In this document: positions 11,010 through 22,931 of the stretch, piece after piece
Numbering within the stretch: the first letter of the stretch is position 1
Layout: every line of letters begins with the position of its first letter
Source: Saprolegnia diclina VS20
Taxonomy: Eukaryota
Direction of reading: 5' to 3'
DNA: 64,000 nt
NCBI RefSeq assembly: GCF_000281045.1
Contig: NW_008246075.1
Coordinates: forward strand, 243,476-307,475
Program-made: the position numbers and the translations under genes
Notes under the pieces: generated by a model
What the model saw: only the letters and a program-made list of their open reading frames with translations
What the model was told of the DNA's origin: nothing
Databases searched by the model: none

Positions 11010-13842
11010 ATGGGCTGCACTATGTGCACGATGGTGAGTTCGGTGGCCGAGCCGCCGATGGTGACCTCCGAGCGCAGCACCAGGACCGTTGTCACTGGCT
11101 TCACCGAGGGCGTTGTCGAGATGATGCTCCGCGAGCGCCGCCACGGCATCTCGGACGACAGTATCGCAGAGTGCGACGGGGACGACCTCCGCGTTCGCGA
11201 AGGCGACGAAGATAATGACGAGGATGAGGATGATGGTTTTGCCATTCTTCTCATCGAGGATGACATGACACTCGTCCTCGACGTCCTCCGGTCCAACGTG
11301 CTCTTCTCATGCCTCGAGACCACGCAGCTCGAGGCGCTCGCCAACTCGATGCAAACCGTCGGCTTCGGCGTTGGCGACGTCGTCTACAGCCAAAACGACG
11401 TTGGCGACACATTCTACATCATCAAGCAAGGTACACAACTGCACATCGGACACCTTTTTGCTTCATTATCGTGTTATGTCTAGGCAAATTTGATGTGTTT
11501 CGAGACGGCGAACACGTTCGAACGCTTCTGAGCGGCCAGAGCTTTGGGGAGCTCGGGCTCTTGTACAAGTGTGCTCGCACAGAGACGATCCATGCACGCG
11601 ACTACGGCACCGTCTTTTGCCTGCGCGTACGTCGCGTCTGTTCTCAGGGCGTACTGAGGGGCTCGCCTAGGCCCGAACATTTCGTGCCATTGTGGCGCAG
11701 CACGCTCTCGGGACCCTGGCGACGTCCAAGGAAGCGCTCACCAAAGTGCCTCTGTGCGTTGCGACTGTAGGCCCTTGACCATTGACTGACATTGCGGTAG
11801 GCTTCAAAGCCTCACGGAGCAGCAGTTTGAGACAGTGGCCGATGCTGTGCACACATTGCACTTTCACCAAGGTGCGTGGCAGCAGACTCTGTACCAAGAC
11901 GACACGTATGCCCACACAGGGGACGTTATCGTGCGCAAGGGCGAGCCAGGAAACATTTTGTATATGATTCAAACCGGCACGGTACACAAATCTCACGTCA
12001 AGGCATCGGTGTGAGCTCAGTGCGACGTAGGTCGTCTGCACCGACATCGGGGCCGGAGCGCTCGACGACGTTGAGCTGGATGAGGGCAACTATTTCGGCG
12101 AGCGCGCCCTCATCACCGACGAGCCTCGCGCCGCAACCGTGTTGGCCAAGACGGACGTGACTGTCATGGCCTTGAGCCGCGAGGTCTTTACGCAAGTGCT
12201 CGGGCCGCTCCAAGACCTCATCACGTAAGCATACAACAGTCTCGTCCAATTATAACGCGATGTAGCTACAACCTCAAGATGCGCGCCGTGCAGAGCGTGC
12301 CGCTACTCAAAGAGTATTCGGACGCGGAAAAGGGCGAGCTCTTGGAGAAAACCCCAGTCCGGACGTTTGCGAGTGGCGACGTCATCTTACGTCAAGGGGA
12401 CGTCGGCGACGAATTTTACATTCTCGTGAGCGGCAGCGTGGACGTGACACAAACGATCGAGAAGGAGCCGCCCGTGCACGTGGCGTCGCTCTCAACGGGC
12501 GACTACTTTGGCGAGACGGTAAGAAGATGGTGTCTTTTTCGCATAACCTTCGCACTAGGCGGTGCTTCAAGACGAATCCGCGATGCGCAATGCCACGATC
12601 ACATGCACTTCTGCTGTCGAGTGTCTCGTGCTCAGTCGGGACCTCTTCCACTCGGTGCTCGCGCCCGTTCGGTTTCAGCTAAGCCAGCAGATCGACGTAC
12701 GCAAACAAACAAGCCTCGACCGTATTTTCGCCGCGAGCATCACCAAGAAATCGCTCAAGCGCGCCAAAGTCCTCGGCATCGGGTCCTTTGGGCTTGTGTA
12801 CATTGCTCAACACGAGCCATCGGGCCGGTACGCCATTTTCCTCCTACCTGCGTCCACAGAATCATGTAGATTCGTCGCGGTCAAGGAGATGTGCAAGGCA
12901 CGGCTGGAGAAGGCGCGGCAAATGGCGCACGTGACGTCCGAGAAGCAGCTCCTTAGCTCACTCACGCACCCGTTCATCCTCAAGTACTACACGGCGCTCA
13001 ACGAATCGAAAAAAGTGTACATCGTCACCGAGGCGCTTCTCGGCGGCGAGCTCTTCCAGCGCATAGTCAACCCCGCGGGCGTCCCGACGCCATTGCCCAT
13101 GGCCAGCGCTCGCTTCTATGCCGCCTGTGTTGTCCGCGCGCTCCAGTACCTCCACAGCCGTAGCGTCGCCTACCGCGACCTCAAGCCCGAAAACATGTAG
13201 CACCTTGGCCTACATATGGACAGTGATTGACGCACACGAGTAGCTTGCTCGACGGACTCGGCTACGCCAAGCTCGTGGACTTTGGCTTTGCCAAGAAACT
13301 GCTCCAAAAGACGTATACGCTCTGTGGCACGCCCGAATACCTCGCGCCCGAGATCGTCACCGGTGTCGGTCACGGCATGTCTGTCGACAACTGGGCGCTC
13401 GGCATTCTCATCTACGAGATGGTACGCGCTGGTTTCAGTTTCTGGAAAGTGATTAAAATGTATTCATTAGGTTGTCGGTGATTCGCCGTTCGCCGACAGC
13501 CGCGACGACCACCTCGCAATCTGCCGCGCGATCCTTTCGGGTCATGTTACGTTCAAGCCCGACGCGGACCCGGACTGGAAGAGTCTCGTGGAAGCGCTGC
13601 TTGTGCGCGACCCGACCAAGCGACTGAGTTGCTTTGCACGTGGCAGCACGGTCGAGCAGCACGCCTGGCTCCACGGCGTCGAGTGGGATAAGCTCCTCGC
13701 GCAGCAGGTGGAGGCGCCATGGAAGCCCGAGATCCGCGCCGACGACGACGCGCACTGCTTCTCTGAGGTCAACGAGAGCGAGCTCGACGCGCTCAAGGAG
13801 TGGGACCGCGTCGCGCCGGAGAAAGACTGGAGCGAGTTCTAA
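11010..13842 (+). CDS. Cyclic-nucleotide-dependent protein kinase (PKG-like): three cNMP-binding domains plus an AGC kinase domain, many exons
   Basis: CNB cassettes [32 protein letters not shown] and [19 protein letters not shown]. Kinase motifs [28 protein letters not shown] and [15 protein letters not shown]-terminus WSEF*. Confidence 0.9.
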
Positions 13843-14420
13843 ACGGGCTTGTCTATGCCGTGGCAGTGTCTAGCGACACGCAACTTGAACCGCTGCTGAA
13901 ATATTCCCGCCATTCGCACCGCCAATTGTCGTATCAACAAATGCAAAATGCTGTTGTAGTCACAGTACCGTGCGCATGAGGTTTGTTTGGTTGTTGCCTG
14001 CAAGCCTACGTGGGTTTTTTCGTCGCTGGAATCTCCAAGCTGTGAATGGAAGAAGATTGCAGGATGCTCGGTGCTCAAGGTTGCCAAGCGGTTTCTGACC
14101 AAGCGTGCTGATGCCAGAAATGTATCTGTCTGGTTTAGCTACACACAGCAACGTGAAGGCACGTCGTGTTCTGCCAGTTCGCATGAAAGGGACAAGCCCC
14201 CAGGGTTGCAGCATGGGGTTGCAGGAGCTGTTGCAGGTGTGTTGCACGGGCTGCTGTGGCGTGCATTTAGTCACATTTTCCGCCCGCCTCTCCAAGTGGC
14301 CAATCAAAGACCGCAACAAGCTGGATTTTGACCAATAAGATGTCGGTGTATGTTACATACGGTTGCGTGAGAGTGAATAAAACTTCGCGGCCGGCAATAT
14401 TTCTGTCTTGGTCGGCCGCC

Positions 14421-17311
14421 ATGCAGAACCCGTACCGCGAAGCGAACTCGCTCTCGCCGAGGAAGCACAAGTCCAAGTCGGGCACGCGCTGGAAGGACGC
14501 CAACGCGGCCCAGCGCCGGGGCATGTCCGACTCGGACGATGAGGAAGATGATGAATACCGGGCGACGCGCCTCGATCATGGCGCGATCAACGGCCAGCCG
14601 CCCGCGATGGGCACAACGACGGGTGACTACGCCACGGACGCGCCGCTGAACCTGAACGTGTCTCGCTTCGTGCCCAAGAGCGCGCGCTCGCGCATCCTGC
14701 AGCTCTTCATGTTTCTCGCGTTTGTCGGCTGCTTTGCCTGCGCCGTGACGCTCAAGTACGTCAACCTGAGCCCTGGCATTATGTGGGGCTCGGGCCTTTC
14801 GTTCTTCTCTGTTATCGCAGTACTCGTCTCGTACGCAAGCGAGCCGCTAAGCCGGCAGCACCCGAACCCGCTCGTCTTTTGGCGCACCATCGCGGACGGG
14901 TTGTTCGTCATTCGCCTCCTCTCGGAGCAATTCGTACGCCATCGCTTCTCATTTCATCGATCTCATGTGGGTACTTCTAGTCGCGTTGTGCTCACTACGA
15001 CTGCAAGCCGCTCTGCACGACGTTCAACTGCGGCTGCGCGACGACAGAGCTCCAGCCCGGGCTCTTTGGTCAAATCGGCGCCGACAACTGCACGTTCTTT
15101 GCGGGCTTTTTCCAGTTTTCGCTGCTTGCGTCCGAGTGCTGGTTCCTCTGCATGACGCTCAACCTCTTTCTCTCGCTGACCAACCCTTTCACGGACTTCA
15201 AGCGCAACACGAAGCTCTTCCACGTCTTCTCGTGGGGCTTTGCGCTCCTCACGTCCGTCGTACTCATGGCCGTGCCCAACCTCGGTGGCTACTCGGACTT
15301 TGACACGTGCTGGACCAACGCCCTCCACGTACTCGATACCTTGATAGAACTAGCGTAAGCTCATGACGATCGTAGAACTTTCCGCGCATCGAGGCGCCCT
15401 TCAACAAGACGTGCGTGAACCAGAGCCGCGACTTTGTGCTCAAGTCCAAGTTTGGCTCGGTCCAGGCCAACTACTTGAGCTGGATCTTCTTTTACGTGTG
15501 GATCTTTGGCTTCATCGTCGTCGGTCTCGCGGTCTGGTTCTGGGCGTGGCGCCGCCTCTCGGAGGGTATGCCCGAGACGTACGCTGTGCGCGTTCAGAGC
15601 ATCAACCGCGCGCGCTTCCTTGTATTTGCCGTCTCGGTCTACTGGACCGTCGTCTTCATCGTGTACTTTCTCGTACGACAGTATCTTCCATCATGATGAC
15701 GTCGACTCATATTGTTGCTAGTACCTCGGCCAGAAGGAAGACGCGACGAAGCGCACGATGAAGGAGATGGTCAACTTTCTCATGGCGTCCAAGGGCTACC
15801 TCGACCTCGTCATCTGGTTCCACCTCAACGACTTTCGCATCCCCAAGGTCGCGGCCCTCTGCCGCCGCGGCGAGAAGGAGGTCGACGTGGACTTGAACCC
15901 GCAGGTCAACGCAGCGCTGCGCCGCGAAGTGCTCTTCTACACGACCTCCGGTATCATCAAGGCCGTCGAGGAAGCGCGGCACCTCAACGACGATGCGCAC
16001 ATCCAGCACCTGGCACTGCTGCCGCAGATGGACGGGCCCGTCGCCGCCGCGTCGGCGTACACCAAGACGTTCCACGACTACGAGCCGCACGCGTTCCGGC
16101 GCATCCGCGAGCGCTTTGGCGTCGACAACTTGCGCTACCTCAAGTCGCTCTCGTCGACGGCCAAGGAGCGGCTCAGCGAAGGCGCGTCCGGCGCCTTTAT
16201 GTTTTTCAGCGGCGACAGCTCGCTCATCGTCAAGAGTACGTCGCCGGAGGAGTGCCACTTTTTGCGGTCGATCGCGGACGAGTACGCCGACTACCTCTGC
16301 GAGAACCCGACGTCGCTCCTCACGCGCTTTTACGGCTGCCACTGCCTCGAGTTGTACGGGCAAAAGTTCTCGTTCGTCGTCATGGCCAACCTGTTTGACA
16401 CCAAGCAGACGATCCACAGCCGGTACGACATCAAGGGCTCGTGGGTCAACCGCAAGGGCGAGCTTCCCAAGCGCGGCAAGAAGGTGACGTGCCGCCACTG
16501 CAACCGCAAGTACGTGTACCAGAGCCACGCGTACGAAGACTTCAACTGCACCTTCCGCCTTGGCGGCCACGAGCCCAACATTGTCTTGAAGGACGCGGAC
16601 CTGACGCAGAAGCTCAAGCTCGACAAGCCCGTGGCGCTGACCTTGTACCGGCAGCTCGAAGCTGACAGCGACCGCCTCTGCCGCTTTGGCATCATGGACT
16701 ACTCGCTCCTCATGGGCGTCCACGACGTCGAGTTTACGGTCGATGCCGAACTGTCCGAGCTCGACCACGCCAGTGAAAACGACCAGTCGACGTACGTCAA
16801 GAACACGTTCCAGCCCATGATGCACCAAATGTCGGCCGAGGCGCGGAGCAACCTCGCGGCGCAGCGCAAGCCGCTGCCGCGCTCGGGCATGCGCATGGCC
16901 AACACGGTCGTCGGGCCCGCGTACTACCACCTCGGCGTCATCGACATTCTCCAGACGTGGACCTTTCAAAAGCGCATGGAGCGCTTCCTCAAGATCAACC
17001 TGCGCCGCGTCGATGGGGATGGGCTCTCGGCCATCGAGCCCGAGCGCTACAAGAAGCGGTTCCAGATCAAGATGGCCGACATGCTTGGCGTCAAGGAGCT
17101 CCTCTTGCACCACGCCAAGGACAACGACTTTGTCGGGCAGAGCTCTCACATGGACCTCGAGTCGTCGGCCGACGAGATGACGGTGCCCATGTCCATGCGG
17201 TCGATTCCGTCGAGCATGCTCAAGACGGGCGGGTCCCTTCCGTACGGTATGCGGTCCAGCTCCAACCTCTCGGACCAGGACGAGTACGCGGCCGGGCACA
17301 TCCACTTGTAG
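14421..17311 (+). CDS. GPCR-PIP kinase fusion (oomycete GK family): N-terminal multi-TM receptor domain plus a phosphatidylinositol-phosphate kinase domain
   Basis: Multiple hydrophobic TM exons at 14690-15820 (e.g. FSLLASECWFLCMTLNLF, FHVFSWGFALL). PIPK motifs FHDYEPHAFRRIRERFGV, SEGASGAFMFFSGD, LLTRFYG, YDIKGS, LKDAD, IMDYSLLMGVH, LGVIDILQ and LSAIEPERYKKRF. Confidence 0.92.
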
Positions 17312-17541
17312 TAGCACCGCCCATCTATAAGTCCCGCCTGTTTATAAGAGATTGCATGATACTCGAGTGGCGTCCGTAGCTCCACGCATTCACAGTACAT
17401 TGCCAAGAGAAATCCCTGTCACCACCCTGCGCCAGCATCCCAAGTGCAGCAGTGATAGAAGCCAGGGCCAAGGAGGTAGACGCAGCGCGATCAAATGCAT
17501 ACATGAAGCGATGATCCTTACGGAGGTTACCGGAACGACGC

Positions 17542-17968
17542 TTAGAAGATCGCGAGCTTGACTTCCATCGCATCGTGAACGCGGAAGTGCACCTCGGGGT
17601 TCTCTTGGGGCTCTACGGTGCTCATGAGGATGCGTAGGTAGGCAGTTTGGCGTACCGTTGAGGATGTCGGCAAAGTCGAGGATGTCGTCGTTGCCCATGA
17701 GCGTGTCGAGGCCAACGCGCGAGCTCGGAAGGCCGGGCAGGCGCACGTGCTGCTCGAGCATGATCTTCTCGGTGCGCAGGCGCATGGCCGCAGCCTTGCC
17801 GTAGATCTGCTCGACCGAGTTCATCTTGGCCTCGAAGCCGTGCACGCGCCGGTGCATCTCGAGGCGCTGGACCTCATGCACGGGGCGGGCGTCTTGGTCG
17901 GCGCGCTGCCAGCCGACGCGGAGGACGTCGGGGCCGGCGCGGAGCAGAGGAAGCGAGGTCACGTCCAT
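17542..17968 (-). CDS. POMP: Proteasome maturation factor (POMP/Ump1), 2 exons
   Basis: IYGKAAAMRLRTEKIMLEQHVRLPGLPSSRVGLDTLMGNDDILDFADILN spliced to EPQENPEVHFRVHDAMEVKLAIF*, which matches the UMP1 family pattern. Confidence 0.88.
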
Positions 17969-18181
17969 CGTGGGTCTTGAAGAAATCTGCGGTTCCAAAT
18001 GACCTGCGAAAAATCGCCCTTCACCAAAGTATGTATTTTCGGAGGTTTTATATATGGGTGAAACGCATTGTCCCAACCGGATACATGACCACGAATAAAT
18101 TTCGCATATCGTTTTGTCCCGAGTCAAGCGATCTTCCGGATACCATTGGGAGATTGGGATTAACCTCGGCACAGGCACAGG

Positions 18182-18857
18182 ATGCTGCCAGCGACCCACG
18201 AGCGGGAATACTTCGTGGAGGTCATCGAGAATGGACTGACGCAGCAGCTACTGACGCATAATCTCATCGAGGACATCGAGCAGCTGATCACCGTACCGTT
18301 AGACCAAACGAGTGCACTCAAATCACAAAAAACGCCGCCTCAAATTGACGACCACGAGAGAGAGTACGACGCATCGTGCACTTGAACCAAGGGAACCTTG
18401 ACTTGAATGTACGTTTCGCCATCGAATTGCCTACCGGTAAAGCATAAGCTCGTTCGTCTCCAAGATCATTGAACTCTCAGCAAGCAGCGTCGAATCCTAA
18501 CCCGATGACGTCGCTCGTATTGCCCTTGACGCTTGTTTCGCAAGCAATCCTTGTTGCAGAATAATGTCGCCAAGCCCAAGCCCGGCGCATGCACGGCAGC
18601 CAAACGGTTTCACTGGCTTCGATGTTTCCAATTCAAACATGCGCGGGAAAACAGCTAGATACTTGGATCGCCCTGTGGTCCTACACCAGGAGTATGACGT
18701 ACTAGTAATCGAAGTCGACATCTGCGTGGACACACTCATGGGCACATCTGAAGCGCTGCCGACGTCGGACTCCGCCAAGCCCGCCACACTGCTCTCGCGA
18801 TGGTTACCGAGCTCACCCAAGCACGATACGGCACGGTGGCCATGGCATCTTGACTAG
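18182..18857 (+). CDS. Possible multi-exon hypothetical protein
   Basis: Short protein-like segments (MLPATHEREYFVEVIENGLTQQLLTHNLIEDIEQLIT; YLDRPVVLHQEYDVLVIEVDICVD) flanked by GT/AG sites. No recognised domain. Confidence 0.3.
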
Positions 18858-18960
18858 CCGCTGCTTCAGCGAGCGTGCAAACGAATCTCGATATCCGGAA
18901 GATCGCCAACACACTGAAAAGATACTGAAACACCGTTGCTCGTATCCGGATGGGACGACG

Positions 18961-20241
18961 ATGGAATACTCTGCTCGCATGCAGTCGCCGGGCAACGTCC
19001 TCGTGGACCGCGGCCTCTTCCGCCTTATCACGTCCTTCCAGGATGGGCTCTTCCTCGACGTCATAGCACTCTTCAAGGCCTGGGCGGCGATGCCCCTGCC
19101 CACGAAGATCGCCTCCATGCGCGACTTCCTCCTCGAAGCGATGACCGAGCCGCTGCTCGTGCTTCACGGCGCCATCGCGCAAAACGACGCTCGACTCGTC
19201 GACCTCGTCCTTCGGTGCACGCACGTCAAGAGCGCCCATGCAATGGACTTTGCATCCAAGACGGGAGCGCTCAGCGTCGTCCGATACCTCCACACATCAG
19301 GCCACGCTCCTTCAAGACGTGCCATGGACTATGCGGCCCAGAATGGCCACGTCGAGATCGTAGCGTTCCTTCACGAGCACCGGCGCGAAGGCTGCACGCG
19401 GGACGCAATGGACTTTGCAGCGCAGAACGGGCACCTCGCTGTCGTCGAGTTCCTGGCGACGGCCGTCAACGTCGGGGGCACGGTCAAGGCGATGGACTGG
19501 GCCGCCCGCAACGGCCACTTGAACGTGCTTCGGTACCTCCACGAGCATCGCCCCGAAGGCTGCTCTGCGTACGCGATGGACAGCGCGGCGAAGAACGGTC
19601 ACGTCCATGTCCTCCGCTACCTCCACTCGATTGATGCACCGGCCTCGCACCTCGCCCTCGACGCCGCGGCCGCCAATGGGCACATGGAGGCCGTACAGTT
19701 CTTGCACATGCACCGCGACGAAGGGTGTACAGTGCGGGCTATGGATGGCGCCGCGCGCTTTGGCCTCCTCGATACGGTCGTCTTCCTCCACACGCATCGC
19801 ACCGAGGGCTGCTCGACCGAAGCTGTCGACGCGGCAGCGGCCAACGGCCACGAAGACGTCGTGCGGTTTCTTCTCACGCATCGCCACGAGGGCGCGTCAC
19901 CGTTTGCGCTGCATGCCGCCGCCGTCAGCGGCTACGTCAACATCCTCGACTGCTTGCACGCCCATGTACCGACCATGGTATGCACGAGCCGCGCACTTCT
20001 GCACGTCGTGCAAGTCGGACAGCTCGCTGCGCTGCGCTGGCTCCTTGACTATCAACGCGGCGCGCTGGATGCGATCCGAGACGATCTCATGGAACGCGCT
20101 ATCACGTACGACCGACGAGAGATTGTTGAGGAGCTCTGGGCCTCGCGGCTGTACACACACGTGCGCGAGGGCTGGGTTGAGCTCGCAATCGAAAAACACC
20201 GACCAGAGATTGCGAGTTACTTGACGTCGCGGCGGCACTAG
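18961..20241 (+). CDS. Ankyrin-repeat protein (oomycete-expanded type)
   Basis: About 10 repeats of AMDxAAxNGHLxVVxFLHxHRxEGC; N-terminal VLVDRGLFRLITSFQDG. The start could be ATG 18961 or 18979. Confidence 0.9.
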   Translation: MEYSARMQSPGNVLVDRGLFRLITSFQDGLFLDVIALFKAWAAMPLPTKIASMRDFLLEAMTEPLLVLHGAIAQNDARLVDLVLRCTHVKSAHAMDFASKTGALSVVRYLHTSGHAPSRRAMDYAAQNGHVEIVAFLHEHRREGCTRDAMDFAAQNGHLAVVEFLATAVNVGGTVKAMDWAARNGHLNVLRYLHEHRPEGCSAYAMDSAAKNGHVHVLRYLHSIDAPASHLALDAAAANGHMEAVQFLHMHRDEGCTVRAMDGAARFGLLDTVVFLHTHRTEGCSTEAVDAAAANGHEDVVRFLLTHRHEGASPFALHAAAVSGYVNILDCLHAHVPTMVCTSRALLHVVQVGQLAALRWLLDYQRGALDAIRDDLMERAITYDRREIVEELWASRLYTHVREGWVELAIEKHRPEIASYLTSRRH

Positions 20242-21166
20242 TGGGGCCACGTCTGCCAGATGCCGAGGACGCCTTCTGCAAACCCGAGGAATTGAACAAG
20301 CACCTCTGCGAGGATCGATGAGTAATCTCGCTACCATATCAACGTATCGTGTGTACCTGGGATAATCCCGCGCTCCGAGGACCAGTGGATGCAGTTGGGC
20401 AAGAAGAGCACGTTGCGCCACTGGTTGATGATCAGATACTGGCGCCTACAGAGCAGATGTAAGGCATCGCAGTCGTTGTACAGGACACAAACGTACGTCG
20501 ACTGAATCGTCGCCAGCTCGGTCGCGCGCTACATAAAGTTGCATACGTCAGCCTACGGCTCCTGCGACAAAGAGACCTACTTCAGCGACCGCGTCCGGGT
20601 TCGCCTCGTCGATGATCTTGGCCTCGAGCATCTTTTCTCGCTTTGCGAGCTTCGTGAGGCGGAGGTGGTTGGCGTACATGTCGAGCACGACGTACACCGT
20701 CCAGGCCATACACGACTGCCGCATCGCGCGCATCGCATCGACGTTGAACCATTTCGGTGCGCTATCGCATGTGCAGCATGAGCCTTTGCGCGAATGGGCA
20801 TGCGAAGAGCACGTACACAAAGCCGACGAACGAGACGTGCTCAAGCGGGTAGTAGAGCAACATCGAGTACACTTGGAGCTTGACGAGCTGGCGCACGCGC
20901 GGGTCGTCGTCCGCGTACGTCCACGAGTCGTTTTGGAGCGCTTCGATGCACTCAAAGATGCCCGTAAAGCGCGTGACGTAGCGGGCGTAGCTGATTTGGG
21001 ACGCGACGGCGCCGAGCCCCACCGAGTGGCGCGTCGGCTTGGCCGCGTAGAACTCGATGACGCGGGCCAGCGTCGCGCAGCCAAAGCCGATGGACTTGGA
21101 GACCTTGTCGGCCTTGGACGTTGCGCTCGTGTACTTGACGACCGTCTTGACAAGGTCGTCGGCCAT
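20238..21166 (-). CDS. PEX11: Peroxisomal biogenesis factor 11 (PEX11 family), 5 exons
   Basis: ADKVSKSIGF, ISYARYVTRFTG and LYYPLEHVSF, then spliced exons ...NVLFLPNCIHWS... and VLVQFLGFAEGVLGIWQTWPH*. This fits the PEX11 pattern (YYPLEH, AIHW, C-terminal TM). Confidence 0.82.
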
Positions 21167-21979
21167 GCTGCTCGTGCTGCTTGCGAAAATGGATGTTCAG
21201 TCAACAGCCCACGAGAATATAGATCTCGAAATATGACCAATCACAGCGCAGGATGGCGCATCCGCGGGACGATCGCCACGACGCGGTCGACGCAGCAGCG
21301 ACCATCGCCACAGCGCCGACCAATCAGGACGCACGTGCATACAACGTGGTGCGCTTGCGACTAACTATTCTAACCTAGTGAGGAAACCACGCTTAGTTGA
21401 CGTTCTACTAAGACACGTTAGTCAATGGCCCGAATACACTCGGAGCCCTGAGGATACGACGGCCTCTGCACGAAAAAGCACGACGATCGTCCGTCGCTGC
21501 GCCAAACAGACAAGCAGCACGAGCCAACGAACACCATTTTCACGTAGAACACGGCTTTCACTTTGCTTGTGCACCGTGGTGACATGGCGTAGCAGAGATG
21601 TAGCAAGGTTCTCGGAGTCTAGATATGCACAAGCCCAGTTGTCGCCCAAGTACTGTACTGGCGTCCATTGCGGTACGATGTCCATGCCCACTCTAATCAG
21701 GTCGTTGCCCAGAAGCGCGTAGCTGAAGCGACTACTAGTATCTGGCTCGATACCACAGTGTGTTGTCGCCACTGTGTTCATGCCCGAATCCCGAACGTTC
21801 TCTTTGCTGCAGTCGCGTCTTTAGCAAGTCTGGTCACGGCGCAACGCCATGCTCTTCTGGTGGCTCCCCAAGCATGGGATCGGTGAAGATGTACACTGTA
21901 CGCGAGCGAGCAAAGCGGGTGGACAGACGGCCTAGCTCTATTATATATAAACGTACGACGGGAACAAGGACGGCGCGGG

Positions 21980-22516
21980 CTATGCGGTCATCGTTCGTCG
22001 CTTGAAAGCTTTGATAATCGGAGAGAGCATCTTGATTCGTGACCGGGATCGCGGCCGCGTCGCGTCGGGCTCTGGCCCAAGCTTCAAGAACATGCGCAAG
22101 AGCGAACGCTCGTCCGCGTGCTCCATACGCTCGTACGACTCGAAGAACGTGACGTCGTCTTTCCAGTTCATGCGCCGCCAGAGGTGCACCGAGTTGGCCC
22201 ACTCCTTCATGAGGTCGTGTGTTGGCGCACTGAGCTCGAGCGTGCGCGTCTCGCCGAGCTTGATACGGCGGCCTTCGATGCGCGTGACTTCGGTCGACGC
22301 GACTGTGAAGCGATGTGGCAGCTGCGTGGGCACGTCGCACTCGGCCTTGACCTTGGTGATGCGGCCGGGCAGCGAGAGGCTGCCGAGCAAGATGCCACCC
22401 TTGTCCGAGTAGAAGCTCAGGACGCCTTCTTGGAAGACGACGAAGACGATGATGGGCTTGCCCATGCTTGAGCGCATCGAGACGTCCTTGAGTATGAGGA
22501 AGCCGTCGCGGTACAT
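21980..22516 (-). CDS. Small PH-domain protein
   Basis: MYRDGFLILK...FVVFQEGVLSFYSDKGG...LGSLSL...HRFTV...LELSAPTHDLMKEWANSV gives the PH strand pattern with the conserved helix Trp. Confidence 0.75.
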   Translation of the reverse strand: MYRDGFLILKDVSMRSSMGKPIIVFVVFQEGVLSFYSDKGGILLGSLSLPGRITKVKAECDVPTQLPHRFTVASTEVTRIEGRRIKLGETRTLELSAPTHDLMKEWANSVHLWRRMNWKDDVTFFESYERMEHADERSLLRMFLKLGPEPDATRPRSRSRIKMLSPIIKAFKRRTMTA

Positions 22517-22931
22517 GGCGGCGGAGCGCTGGAAATTCGGATCTGTTTCATCGCTTGTCCCAACGCCAGCGCAATTCAATTCGCTTTTTTTGACGGGCCA
22601 ACGTTCGCAGCGCATATTTTTATAAATCGACACTCCCTTCATACAAACACTTCAATTCATTTGGCGATGTGAAATTAAATACAACCCCCCAACAGTTGAA
22701 TTGCCACTGCTGGACGAAAGCGCGTTCGATCACTTGACCGGAGCGTCGCAGTCGGCCGCAGGCTTTTCCCGTATTCAAAATCCTCGCTGATCCCGGGCCC
22801 GCGGCCTTGCGCACGGCAGAGGAGGAAGCCAGCGTTATCTTTTTTTAAATTCTATCGTCCGACGATGCATTTTTTTGAAAGCGCGCAATTCAGCGGCACC
22901 GCCATCTTGATTCGCACTCGGTCGGTCCAAG

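Noticed and set aside
14421..17311. The GPCR-PIPK fusion as a novel system
   Set aside because: This fusion family is already described in oomycetes; only its context and the Cys/His insert are reported as findings.
15707..17317. 536-aa minus-strand ORF, and similar long antisense ORFs (35296-36498, 43145-44062, 45760-46626)
   Set aside because: These are shadow ORFs opposite well-supported genes, expected from high-GC codon bias, and they carry no recognisable motifs.
21422..21781. 119-aa minus-strand ORF between PEX11 and the PH gene
   Set aside because: No recognisable domain or convincing exon chain, so it could not be supported.
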